DNA from: Okeania sp.
Lineage (GTDB): Bacteria > Cyanobacteriota > Cyanobacteriia > Cyanobacteriales > Microcoleaceae
DNA length: 32,000 nucleotides
Reading direction: 5' to 3'
Assembly: GCF_035285525.1 (NCBI RefSeq)
Contig: NZ_JAYKGW010000013.1
Location: 1 to 32,000, forward strand
Shown here: in pieces, positions 9,218 through 17,825 of the stretch
Layout of the letters: each line of letters begins with the position of its first letter
Numbering within the stretch: the first letter of the stretch is position 1
The notes under the pieces: generated by a model
What the model was told of the DNA's origin: nothing
Database searches by the model: none
What the model saw: the letters and a program-made list of their open reading frames with translations, nothing else
Made by a program: the position numbers and the translations under genes

Positions 9218-11149
9218 ATGAATAATTATAATAAATCTCATGGTTGTAGCTGTCACGATGAAGAAAATAATAATCATATTAATCAACCTACACAAGATGC
9301 AAATTTAAGACAGGAAATTTTACCTTTATTTCCAGTCACTATTATCTATATTTTCAGTTTGATTTTCTATCAACAATTACAAAATACTGCCCACGGAATA
9401 GGACAATACATATTATTTATTCCTATCTATATATATAGTGGATGGACTGTACTTTATAGGGCAGGGAAAAATATTTTTAAAGGTAGAATATTTGATGAAA
9501 ATTTTTTAATGAGTGTGGCAACATTAGCAGCGATAACTATTGATAAATTACCGGAAGCAGTGGCAGTAATGTTGTTTTATCAAATTGGGGAAATACTCCA
9601 AGAATATTCGGTCAAACGTTCCCGTATTTCTATCAAGTCTTTATTAGAAGTTCGTCCTGATTATGCAAATTTAAAAATTGATGATTCTTTAGAAAAAGTA
9701 TCTCCAGAAATAGTAGAAATTGGCAGTAAAATAGTTGTTAAACCTGGCGAAAAAATTCCTTTAGATGGTGAAATTATCTCTGGCAATTCTCAAGTTGATA
9801 CTTCGGTGTTAACTGGAGAATCAATACCTAAGTTTTTCACAGTTGGGGAAACAATATTAGCAGGCATGGTTAACCAAACGGGAGTATTAACAATTCGGGT
9901 TAGTAAAGCATTTTCTGAATCTTCAATTTCCCGAATTTTAGAATTAGTTGAAACTGCCAAAACGCATAAATCTCAAACTGAAAGATTTATGACAATTTTT
10001 GCTAGTTATTATACTCCAGTAGTTGTTTTTCTTTCCTTGATAATTGCTCTTTTACCTCCTATATTTATCTCTGGTGCGACTCATGGAGATTGGATAAATC
10101 GGGCATTAATTGTATTAGTTGTTTCCTGTCCTTGTGGATTAGTAATTAGTATTCCTTTGGGTTACTTTGGTGGAGTTGGTAGGGCTGCAAAAAGAGGAAT
10201 TTTAGTCAAAGGTTCTACATTTTTAGATGATTTAGCTGTTCTTAAAACTGTAGTTTTTGATAAAACTGGAACTTTAACAGAAGGGAAACTTCAGGTAACA
10301 GATATTATGACAAAAAATGGCTTGACTAAATCAGAATTAATAGAAATGGCAGCTAAAGTTGAATCTTTATCAAATCATCCTATTGCTCAAACAGTTTATA
10401 AATATAATTCCCACAAAATAGATAATTCTGATGTGTCAGAATATCAAGAAATTGCTGGATGTGGAATTAAAGCAAAAGTTGGGAATAAAACAGTTATTGC
10501 TGGAAGTTATCGCCTGTTAAATATAGAAAATATTGAACATGATATTTGCGATATTGGAGATACAGCAGTTCATTTAGCAGTTGATAATAAATATGTTGGT
10601 TATATTATAATTTCTGACCAAATTAAATTAGATGCTGCTCAGGCAATTAAATCTTTAAAAAATTTGGGCGTGGAAAAAACTGTCATGTTAACTGGAGACC
10701 ATCGAAGTGTTGCTCAACGGGTGGCAAAAAATCTCGGTTTAGATGATTATAAAGCAGAATTATTGCCAGAAGATAAAGTTACTGCCATTGAAAAATTACT
10801 ACATCAAAAAAATGGAAAAGTTGCTTTTGTTGGTGATGGAATTAATGATGCTCCCGTTATTGCTCGCGCTGATGTTGGTATAGCGATGGGTGGTATGGGT
10901 TCCGATGCAGCGATCAAAAGTGCAGATATTGTGATTATGACTGACTCTCCTTCTCAGGTTGCTGAAGCAATAAAAGTTGGCAGGAAAACTCGTCGTATTG
11001 TTTGGCAGAATATTGGTTTTGCTTTGGGGATAAAAGGTTTGTTTATTTTGTTGGGAATAGTCGGGTTAGCAAATATTTGGGAAGCAGTTTTTGCAGATAT
11101 GGGTGTGGCGTTAATTGCAATTTTTAATTCTAGTCGAGATAATTTATGA
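9218..11149 (+). CDS. Heavy-metal translocating P-type ATPase, P1B-2 (Zn/Cd/Pb-type) signature
   Basis: DKTGTLT phosphorylation site and GDGINDAP hinge. TM6 CPCGLVISIP (CPC-x4-S-x-P), NIGFALGIK (N-x7-K) and DMGVALIAIFN (D-x-G-x7-N). Short Cys/His-rich N-terminus (HGCSCHDEENNNH). Confidence 0.9.
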   Translation: MNNYNKSHGCSCHDEENNNHINQPTQDANLRQEILPLFPVTIIYIFSLIFYQQLQNTAHGIGQYILFIPIYIYSGWTVLYRAGKNIFKGRIFDENFLMSVATLAAITIDKLPEAVAVMLFYQIGEILQEYSVKRSRISIKSLLEVRPDYANLKIDDSLEKVSPEIVEIGSKIVVKPGEKIPLDGEIISGNSQVDTSVLTGESIPKFFTVGETILAGMVNQTGVLTIRVSKAFSESSISRILELVETAKTHKSQTERFMTIFASYYTPVVVFLSLIIALLPPIFISGATHGDWINRALIVLVVSCPCGLVISIPLGYFGGVGRAAKRGILVKGSTFLDDLAVLKTVVFDKTGTLTEGKLQVTDIMTKNGLTKSELIEMAAKVESLSNHPIAQTVYKYNSHKIDNSDVSEYQEIAGCGIKAKVGNKTVIAGSYRLLNIENIEHDICDIGDTAVHLAVDNKYVGYIIISDQIKLDAAQAIKSLKNLGVEKTVMLTGDHRSVAQRVAKNLGLDDYKAELLPEDKVTAIEKLLHQKNGKVAFVGDGINDAPVIARADVGIAMGGMGSDAAIKSADIVIMTDSPSQVAEAIKVGRKTRRIVWQNIGFALGIKGLFILLGIVGLANIWEAVFADMGVALIAIFNSSRDNL

Positions 11150-11175
11150 GAAACAATATTAATAGATAAAATATA

Positions 11176-12004
11176 ATGTTTAAGAACTATCAAGATATAT
11201 TTTTTGCTGTAGTTGGTGATGTTCACGGCCATATTTATAAAATGATTAATTTACTACAAAAATGGGAAAATAATTCTCATCAAAAGCTAGAATTTATTTT
11301 GCAAATAGGAGATTTTGAACCGCACCGCTACGAAACCGATCTAGTAACAATGGATGCACCTAAAAAATATCGTAAATTAGGATAATTTCCTGATTTTATC
11401 AATAAAAAGCTTCTTTTCCTTGGCTTCTTTGGTTTATTGGTGGTAATCACGAACCTTATGGTTTTTTAGACAGAATTAATGCAGGTACAGAAATTACTAA
11501 TAATTGCTATTATTTAGGTAGAGTTGGAACGGTGGTTTGATCAGGTCTAAAAATTGTAGGAGTTTCTGGTATTTATCAAGAGGATAAATTGCTGGTTTCT
11601 CGACCTAAAGTTTCTGAAATTAGTAGTTATTCTAATCAGGATTATATTGCTTTTACAGAATCAGAAATTATGGAAGCTTCAGACTGTAGATATACAGATT
11701 TTTCTTATTACATGACTGGCCTGCTAATGTTATAAATCCGGCAGATGCTGAAGAGTTTGAACAGCAACGAAGGAGTCAAGGTTATTACGATTTAGTGGGA
11801 AATGAATATGTCAGAATGTTAGTAAATGAGTTAAAACCAAAGTTAGTAGTTTGCGGTCATTTGCACAAAAGTTATCGGAACCAAATATTACTTAATTCTG
11901 GGGATTTTACAGATATTTGTTGTCTAGCAAATGTTCAATCAGGAGTTGATGCCATTGCAATTTTTCATCTGAATAAAACAGGTAAAATATTAGAAGTTAT
12001 CTGA
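11176..12004 (+). pseudogene. Metallophosphoesterase (calcineurin-like) pseudogene
   Basis: The motifs VVGDVHGH, IGDFEP, WFIGGNHEPYGFLD, IVGVSGIY, LLHDWPAN and VVCGHLH can be read only by switching frames. There is an in-frame TAA at 11383-11385 and an in-frame TGA at 11538-11540. There are frameshifts near 11420-11440 and near 11695. Confidence 0.85.
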
Positions 12005-12075
12005 CAAGAAACTGTGTTTGTGGAACAGAGATATTAGTATGATAGGATATCTAATATAAACGAGGTAAATCTATC

Positions 12076-12149
12076 GGGAGCTTTCCGACTCATACTGAAA
12101 ATATTTGATTATTAATATTTGTACTTCCTCTGCAGAGAATCTACTTTAA
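12076..12149 (+). repeat. 74-bp direct repeat, copy 1
   Basis: GGGAGCTTTCCGACTCATACTGAAAATATTTGATTATTAATATTTGTACTTCCTCTGCAGAGAATCTACTTTAA. It matches 12237-12310 at 71/74 positions. Confidence 0.9.
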
Positions 12150-12236
12150 CTTAATTACTGCTTCCTGATGATTGACTTACTAAAAAAATGGGAAAATAAT
12201 AGGTGAAATCTCAGCAGTTTTATCAATGAATAATTT

Positions 12237-12310
12237 GGGAGCTTTCCGACTCATACTGAAAATATTTGATTATTAATATTTGTACTTCCTCTGCGGAAAA
12301 TCTACTGTAA
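12237..12310 (+). repeat. 74-bp direct repeat, copy 2
   Basis: Same sequence as 12076-12149 with three substitutions. The start-to-start spacing is 161 bp. Confidence 0.9.
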
Positions 12311-12440
12311 TATTATCTGACTTTAGAGTATTATAAAAAACCGGGTTTGTGGAAAAATAGGATATCTAATACAAACCTGACTTCTATATTTAATATGATA
12401 ATTTTACACCTAGCTAAAAATTTCCAAATGACGTACTATT

Positions 12441-12483
12441 AACTGATAAATTAATAACTGATAACTGATAACTGATAACTGAA
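12441..12483. repeat. (AACTGAT)n heptamer array abutting the uvrC start codon
   Basis: AACTGATAAATTAATAACTGATAACTGATAACTGATAACTGAA, immediately followed by ATG at 12484. Confidence 0.85.
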
Positions 12484-14340
12484 ATGAAACCCATAATAAA
12501 AGATTCAGAACGTTTAGAAAATCGACTTAAAGAAATTCCCCAAACTCCGGGAGTTTATCTAATGCGTGATAGTAGCGATCGCATCCTTTATATCGGCAAA
12601 TCTAAAAAACTAAGAAATCGGGTTCGTTCCTATTTTCGAGAAAGTAAAAACCATAATTATCGTATCAATTTAATGGTACAAAAAATTGTAGAAATTGAAT
12701 TTATTGTCACAGATACGGAAGCTGAAGCTTTAGCATTAGAAGCTAATCTAATTAAACAACATCAACCACATTTTAATGTCTTACTTAAAGATGATAAAAA
12801 ATACCCTTATCTTTGCATAACTTGGTCAGAAAATTATCCCAGAATTTTTATTACCAGAAAACGTAGATTAAGTAAAGCTAAAGACCGTTATTATGGTCCT
12901 TATGTTGATACTAGACTTTTGAGAAATACTCTACATTTAGTTAAACGAATTTTTCCTCTACGTCAAAGACCAAAACCTTTATTTAAAGACCGTCCTTGTC
13001 TAAATTATGATATTGGTCGCTGTCCGGGAGTTTGTCAAAAATTAATTACTCCAGAAGAATATCATAAAATTGTGCAAAAAGTGGCAATGGTTTTTCAAGG
13101 TAGAACTGGAGAATTAATTGATATTTTGAATACTCAAATGGCAAAAGAATCTGAATCTCTAAATTTTGAAGCAGCAGCAATGATTCGCGACCAAATTAAA
13201 GATTTAGATTCTCTCAATGCTGACCAAAAAGTTTCTTTACCAAACGACCAAATTTCTAGAGATGCAATAGCTTTAGCTGGAAATAATCAAATTTCTTGTG
13301 TACAAATATTCCAGATTAGGGCAGGAAAATTAGTCGGTAGATTAGGATTTATTGCCGAAACTCCTAATGTAGAAAAAATAGAGAATGAGGAATTAGGAAT
13401 GATTTTGCAGCGGGTTTTAGAATCTCATTATCAAGCATTAGATTCTGTAGAGATTCCTACAGAAATTATTGTGCAAAATGAATTACCAGAAAGTGAATTT
13501 TTACAAAATTGGTTAACAGAAAAGAAAGGGAAAAAAGTCGATATTTTTGTACCTCAAAGACAGGTAAAAGCTGAATTAATAGAAATGGTAAAAAAGAACG
13601 CTGAATATGAGTTGGCAAGACTAGAAAAAATGAGCGATCAAAATAATGCAGCTATGACAGATTTAGCAGAAATATTAGATTTGCCAGAGTTGCCCCATCG
13701 CATCGAAGGTTATGATATTTCTCATGTTCAAGGTTCCGATGCAGTAGCGTCGCGGGTGGTATTTATTGACGGTTTGCCAGCAAAACAACATTATCGACAT
13801 TATAAAATCAGAAATCCAGAAGTACGTTCCGGACATTCTGATGATTTTGCGAGTATGGCAGAAGTTATTGGGCGACGGTTTCGTGACTATGAAAAACAAC
13901 CGACTGTAGAGAAACCAGATTTAGTGATGATAGATGGTGGGAAAGGGCAACTTTCGGCAGTAGTAGCAGTGATGGAAGAAATGAATATATTTGAAGAAGT
14001 GCGGGTAGTGAGTTTGGCAAAGCAACGGGAGGAGATTTTTTTACCAAGGGAATCGTTACCTTTAAAAACTGATGCTGAACAACCGGGGGTACAGTTGTTA
14101 AGGAGGTTGCGAGATGAAGCACATCGGTTTGCCGTGAGTTTTCATCGGGATAAAAGAAGTCAGAGAATGAAGCGATCACGTTTAGATGAAATTCCCGGTT
14201 TAGGGCAACATCGACAAAAATTGTTATTGGCGCATTTTCATTCCGTTGATTATATTAGGATGGCAACGGTGAAACAGTTGACAGAAGTATCGGGAGTCGG
14301 ACCTAAGTTAGCACAGCAAATTTATGATTATTTTCATTGA
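12484..14340 (+). CDS. uvrC: Excinuclease ABC subunit C
   Basis: 618 aa. GIY-YIG N-terminus ([29 protein letters not shown]), UvrC central and RNase H-like domains, and a C-terminal (HhH)2 region ([32 protein letters not shown]). Confidence 0.96.
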   Translation: MKPIIKDSERLENRLKEIPQTPGVYLMRDSSDRILYIGKSKKLRNRVRSYFRESKNHNYRINLMVQKIVEIEFIVTDTEAEALALEANLIKQHQPHFNVLLKDDKKYPYLCITWSENYPRIFITRKRRLSKAKDRYYGPYVDTRLLRNTLHLVKRIFPLRQRPKPLFKDRPCLNYDIGRCPGVCQKLITPEEYHKIVQKVAMVFQGRTGELIDILNTQMAKESESLNFEAAAMIRDQIKDLDSLNADQKVSLPNDQISRDAIALAGNNQISCVQIFQIRAGKLVGRLGFIAETPNVEKIENEELGMILQRVLESHYQALDSVEIPTEIIVQNELPESEFLQNWLTEKKGKKVDIFVPQRQVKAELIEMVKKNAEYELARLEKMSDQNNAAMTDLAEILDLPELPHRIEGYDISHVQGSDAVASRVVFIDGLPAKQHYRHYKIRNPEVRSGHSDDFASMAEVIGRRFRDYEKQPTVEKPDLVMIDGGKGQLSAVVAVMEEMNIFEEVRVVSLAKQREEIFLPRESLPLKTDAEQPGVQLLRRLRDEAHRFAVSFHRDKRSQRMKRSRLDEIPGLGQHRQKLLLAHFHSVDYIRMATVKQLTEVSGVGPKLAQQIYDYFH

Positions 14341-14343
14341 AAT

Positions 14344-14373
14344 AGGGAGTAGGGAGTGGGCAGTAGGGAGTAG
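14344..14373. repeat. (GGGAGTA)n heptamer array, STRR-like
   Basis: AGGGAGTAGGGAGTGGGCAGTAGGGAGTAGG directly after the uvrC stop. The same heptamer (or its complement CTCCCTA) recurs at about 1583-1600, 5685-5705, 18135-18157 and 23900-23920. Confidence 0.8.
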
Positions 14374-14410
14374 GAAAGAAGAGAAAAGAATGGATGATTT
14401 ATTTATCATT

Positions 14411-14603
14411 AGGACTTACGCAGACGCAACCTACTGCAGCCATGGCGCGACTCGCAGCCCAAGCGACAGCGTTTCGAGCTTCACATAACGCGCGTTAACA
14501 CTCCGCGACATGGAAAGCGCAGCATGACCTCAGGAAATGGGTCGCAGTCCGTCAGGATAGCAATCTCAAGCCAAGAAAATTGCCTTCCTCATCGCTTTAG
14601 TCC
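14411..14603. repeat. MITE-like element, family A, with nested small repeats
   Basis: Starts AGGACTTACGCAG and ends GCTTTAGTCC. Contains the dispersed motif CGCGACATGGAAAGCG, also seen at about 15220, 17843, 18960 (rc) and 20920 (rc). Confidence 0.7.
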
Positions 14604-14716
14604 CGATCATAATTGATTTTATTTTTGATTATCGGAGATACAAAAAGATGGTATTAATAATTTAGTCATCTTGAGATGACTTAAGCTATTAGCCAAGGAT
14701 TTGAGTCCTTGGCTTG

Positions 14717-14855
14717 GCTTTCCCGACTGCCACCAAGGAAATTTCAAAGCTCCCACATCTGGTGCTGCTGTCCATGCTGGTTTATCTAATGTACCATCAA
14801 TAATGATGGGTGTACTTGTCTTGAAGATACTATAAGATGGTTGGCTACTTGCCAA
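14717..14855 (-). pseudogene. Possible N-terminal remnant of a carbohydrate-binding (CBM9-like) protein
   Basis: YSIFKTSTPIIIDGTLDKPAWTAAPDVGALKFPWWQSGKP resembles, from memory, the N-terminus of cyanobacterial CBM9-like sugar-binding proteins. The reading frame then becomes featureless and stops. It has a TTG start only, and only about 46 codons look meaningful. Confidence 0.3.
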
Positions 14856-15018
14856 TATTTTTAGGGAAAAACAAAGTATAATTGATAGAGATCAAAGAGC
14901 AACACTAAGTATTTTTTTGTATTTTAATTTTTTCTGATATTTCATAAACAAGTGCTGTTAAATTTCGAGTTAGCGATCGCTAACCAATTTTACACATTAT
15001 ACCGTTTTAAATCACCTT

Positions 15019-15034
15019 ACTATTGTACAATAGT
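15019..15034. promoter_or_regulatory. 16-bp perfect palindrome ACTATTGTACAATAGT (candidate operator), copy 1
   Basis: Read directly and self-complementary over all 16 positions. It is intergenic, about 0.5 kb upstream of the monooxygenase gene. Confidence 0.45.
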
Positions 15035-15128
15035 TTCTGAAAGAAAAACACACATAATCGTTTTTTGCGTTTTCTGGTGAGTAGACTACAAACTAGGAAT
15101 CCTAAATGGTTAAGCTTTTTATATACAT

Positions 15129-15283
15129 AGGACTTACGCATGAACGCTATCTGTAGGGTACGTTTTGCGTTCTGCAAAGCTCCGCTTTATATGTCGGCTC
15201 AAGCGCCGAAACGCTACGCGACATGGAAAGCGTATCTCGTAACTGAGCAAGACTCTATATATAATGCCTCCCGTGTAAGTCCT
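15129..15283. repeat. MITE-like element, family A
   Basis: AGGACTTACGCA at 15129-15140 and GTGTAAGTCCT ending at 15283. The internal GTCGGCTCAAGCGCCGAAA and CGCGACATGGAAAGCG segments are shared with 18908-19039. Confidence 0.75.
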
Positions 15284-15364
15284 GATACAAACAAGATGCT
15301 TGTGTTACTTTGATAACTATAGTTACAAGGGAACCCAGAAACTGGTTTTCTTTACCTAAGTCCT

Positions 15365-15405
15365 CATCAGCTTACTATTGTACAATAGTTAGAATCATAA
15401 TTTCA
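15365..15405 (+). promoter_or_regulatory. Promoter-like module with the palindrome ACTATTGTACAATAGT plus a TAGAAT -10-like hexamer (distal copy)
   Basis: CATCAGCTTACTATTGTACAATAGTTAGAATCATAATTTCA. The palindrome is at 15374-15389 and TAGAAT at 15390-15395. Confidence 0.4.
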
Positions 15406-15485
15406 CGCCAAGAAACCTAGTTTCTGGGGTAAATCATTGTTTTTAATAATAAACATCTATGCTCATAACGGGTTTCTAGGTTCGC

Positions 15486-15529
15486 CATCAGTTTACTATT
15501 GTACAATAATAGTTAGAATCATAATTTCA
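15486..15529 (+). promoter_or_regulatory. Promoter-like module with an expanded palindrome plus a TAGAAT hexamer (proximal copy)
   Basis: CATCAGTTTACTATTGTACAATAATAGTTAGAATCATAATTTCA. The palindrome carries a 3-nt expansion (15495-15513). TAGAAT at 15514-15519 ends 19 nt before ATG 15539. Confidence 0.4.
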
Positions 15530-15538
15530 AGTTAATTT

Positions 15539-17023
15539 ATGACACCAAAACAAATAGAATCATTGTTACCTGAAAACTCCAATCCCAAAATTGACTATGA
15601 TGTAGCTATCGTTGGTGCAGGTCCTGTGGGATTAGCAACTGCCCTGGGTTTATATCAGCGTGGGATTAAAAATATTGTTGTCCTAGACCAAACTCGTGCT
15701 TTCCGTAAAATAGGTCAGGGTATCGATCTTTTACCTAATGGCTTGAAAGCACTGAAATATACCCATACTCAAGCATACAAAAATATCAAAGAAACTGGTA
15801 ATAAATTCAATAATTCAACCCAACCAAACCAGGAAAACAAGGCAGAAAAAAATCAACCTGCTACAGAATGGACGACCAGAAATATCAACGGGCAAAAAAT
15901 CCATTCATTTTCTGTAAAATATGATGAATGGTATCATCAGTACGGGGAAGGGAGAGTCTCAATATCTTGGTACGACTTACAAACTCAATTGAGAATACTC
16001 TTACCAGAAAAACTTGTCAAAGCTAATCATCGTTGTATTAACGTGGTTGCGGAGCCAGAATTAAAATGTGTTCGAGCAGATTTCGTTTTTAATCAGAAAA
16101 CAAAAACAAATCCCTATTCCCACTGGGATGATCGACAAGAAAATGATGAAACTAGAACTGTAAGTTCTTTCATACCACCTAAATCCGAGATCGAATCTAT
16201 CCGCGCTAAACTATTAATTGCAGCAGATGGAATTAATTCGACTGTGCGTCAGGTAATCTACAAAGATACTCCATACAGTGTATATAGCAAACCTGAATAT
16301 ACTGGTGTGGCAGCTATTCGTTGCGGGGAAGTACATAATATCCCAGAAGCACTTGCACAAAAAATTCAGGATTTATTTCTGCAAGGTTCGCGAGTAGTAA
16401 CGATTCTCAATCAGCAAATAGCAGAAAATTCTACAGCAAACGAAACCCCCAGAATAATTTTATTTTCTCCTCAGTGTGGTGAATATAGATATTTAATCCA
16501 CACACCTTTATCTTTAGAGTTATTGGCAGGAAAGTCAGGAAAAGACTTAATCGATCTTGCTCTGTTGGAGTTGAAAAAAGCTGAGTTCCCAGAAATTATT
16601 CAGCAGTTAGTGGCTTTATCATCTCCAGAACAGATGATACAACGTCCGTATTATATTTACCATGCTAATGCTTTTACTCCCAACCAGCCAAAATGGAATA
16701 TAGGGCGAGTTGTATTAGCGGGTGATGCAGCTCATGGAATGCCACCGTTTATGGCGCAAGGCGCTAATCAAGGTCTGGAAGATGCTGCTGTAATGACAAC
16801 TATAGTGACTGAGATTAACAAAAAAAATCAGTGGGACGATCTGGTAGCAATAGAAAGAGCTTTCAGTAAATATGAGGCTTTGCGTCGCCCGTTAATGGAG
16901 TGTGTTCAAGAGGCAACTTTGACAAGGAAACCTCTTAGTTCAGAGCAGCATAGGCAGAAATATGCTCAACAAGTCTATGCTCGTAATATTGAGGAAATTA
17001 TGCAAAGATTATTTATGATATAA
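15539..17023 (+). CDS. FAD-dependent monooxygenase (UbiH/salicylate hydroxylase-like, FAD_binding_3 type)
   Basis: N-terminal dinucleotide fold YDVAIVGAGPVGLATALGL, DGINSTVRQ, and GDAAHGMPPFMAQGANQGLEDA. At 494 aa it contains low-complexity inserts (NNSTQPNQENKAEKNQP). Confidence 0.85.
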   Translation: MTPKQIESLLPENSNPKIDYDVAIVGAGPVGLATALGLYQRGIKNIVVLDQTRAFRKIGQGIDLLPNGLKALKYTHTQAYKNIKETGNKFNNSTQPNQENKAEKNQPATEWTTRNINGQKIHSFSVKYDEWYHQYGEGRVSISWYDLQTQLRILLPEKLVKANHRCINVVAEPELKCVRADFVFNQKTKTNPYSHWDDRQENDETRTVSSFIPPKSEIESIRAKLLIAADGINSTVRQVIYKDTPYSVYSKPEYTGVAAIRCGEVHNIPEALAQKIQDLFLQGSRVVTILNQQIAENSTANETPRIILFSPQCGEYRYLIHTPLSLELLAGKSGKDLIDLALLELKKAEFPEIIQQLVALSSPEQMIQRPYYIYHANAFTPNQPKWNIGRVVLAGDAAHGMPPFMAQGANQGLEDAAVMTTIVTEINKKNQWDDLVAIERAFSKYEALRRPLMECVQEATLTRKPLSSEQHRQKYAQQVYARNIEEIMQRLFMI

Positions 17024-17027
17024 ATGA

Positions 17028-17075
17028 AGACTTACGAAAAGAAACCCGGTTTCTGGGTTCCCCTGGGTAAGTCCT
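17028..17075. repeat. Minimal family A element (48 bp) enclosing the GAAACCCGGTTTC repeat
   Basis: AGACTTACGAAAAGAAACCCGGTTTCTGGGTTCCCCTGGGTAAGTCCT, immediately after the monooxygenase stop codon. Confidence 0.65.
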
Positions 17076-17112
17076 GGGAATGTAATATTGATTTGTAAAG
17101 GAGAATAGTAGT

Positions 17113-17460
17113 ATGAAACCTAAAAATTCTATCACAGGAATTGTCAAAAATATATCAATTGGAGGAGGAAGTTCATCTGCAACTCTTGCTCCCAGACAGT
17201 CTGCTCAAGTTCTTAACAAACCATATCCCAATTTCAAAGTCATTGTTCTGGATGATGATTTCAATACATTTAAGCACGTCGCTGAATGTCTCCAAAAATA
17301 TATTCCTGGCATGACAAACGATCGAGCTTGGGAACTGACTCATCAGATTCATAATGAAGGTCTAGCGATCGTCTGGGTAGGACCTCAAGAACAAGCAGAA
17401 TTGTATCATCAGCAGTTGAGTCGCGCTGGCTTAACAATGGCACCTTTGGAAAAAGCATGA
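17113..17460 (+). CDS. clpS: ATP-dependent Clp protease adaptor ClpS
   Basis: ClpS core: YKVIVLDDDFNTFKHVAECLQKYIPGM, AWELTHQIHNEGLAIVWVGPQEQAELY. It has an N-terminal extension of about 35 aa. Confidence 0.9.
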   Translation: MKPKNSITGIVKNISIGGGSSSATLAPRQSAQVLNKPYPNFKVIVLDDDFNTFKHVAECLQKYIPGMTNDRAWELTHQIHNEGLAIVWVGPQEQAELYHQQLSRAGLTMAPLEKA

Positions 17461-17463
17461 AGT

Positions 17464-17635
17464 AATATCATGTCCGGTTGAATAGTTACATTTTGGAGGA
17501 AGGAAGGCAGAAGGCAGAAGCGTTGCGACCCCGCGTCGGCGACAGACGCAAGGGAAGCGCACCAAGAGAGGCAGAGGGCAGAAGGAAAAGAAAGTTTTAA
17601 AGGGAAAAAGTTTTTTATCACTGATTATTTTGATA
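17464..17635 (-). repeat. Family B MITE-like element, inverted, carrying a GC-rich nested insertion
   Basis: ATATCATGTCCGGTTGAATAGTTACATTTTGGAGG is the reverse complement of the right end of 4303-4428. The GC-rich block GCGTTGCGACCCCGCGTCGGCGACAGACGCAAGGGAAGCGCACC is absent from that copy. The distal TIR is degenerate. The element starts 4 nt after the clpS stop. Confidence 0.65.
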
Positions 17636-17825
17636 TTAATCTGCAGGGACGTTGCATAAGGACGTCCCTACAGCCTCCTCTTGACTCTTAACTACTCTTT
17701 ATATCAAATCCGCTTGTTTTGGAGAATAAGGTTTACCATCAGCAAAGAGCGAAAAATCCTAGTTTGTAGAGGGTACGGTTCCCGAAAAATTGGAGACCAA
17801 ACCCCTACGATTTTGATATTACTCT

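Noticed and set aside
10954-11232. Minus-strand ORF overlapping the end of the ATPase gene
   Set aside because: It is antisense to a well-supported CDS, with an AT-rich, Ile/Lys/Asn-biased translation.
13675-14179. Minus-strand ORFs inside uvrC (13675-13899, 13865-14179)
   Set aside because: They are antisense shadows of uvrC with no motifs.
15019-15513. Identification of the ACTATTGTACAATAGT palindrome as an NtcA, LexA or Fur site
   Set aside because: It has no GTA-N8-TAC spacing. It has only one central GTAC rather than the two half-sites of the cyanobacterial LexA box as I recall it. It is not the AT-rich Fur-type 7-1-7 repeat. I leave it unassigned.
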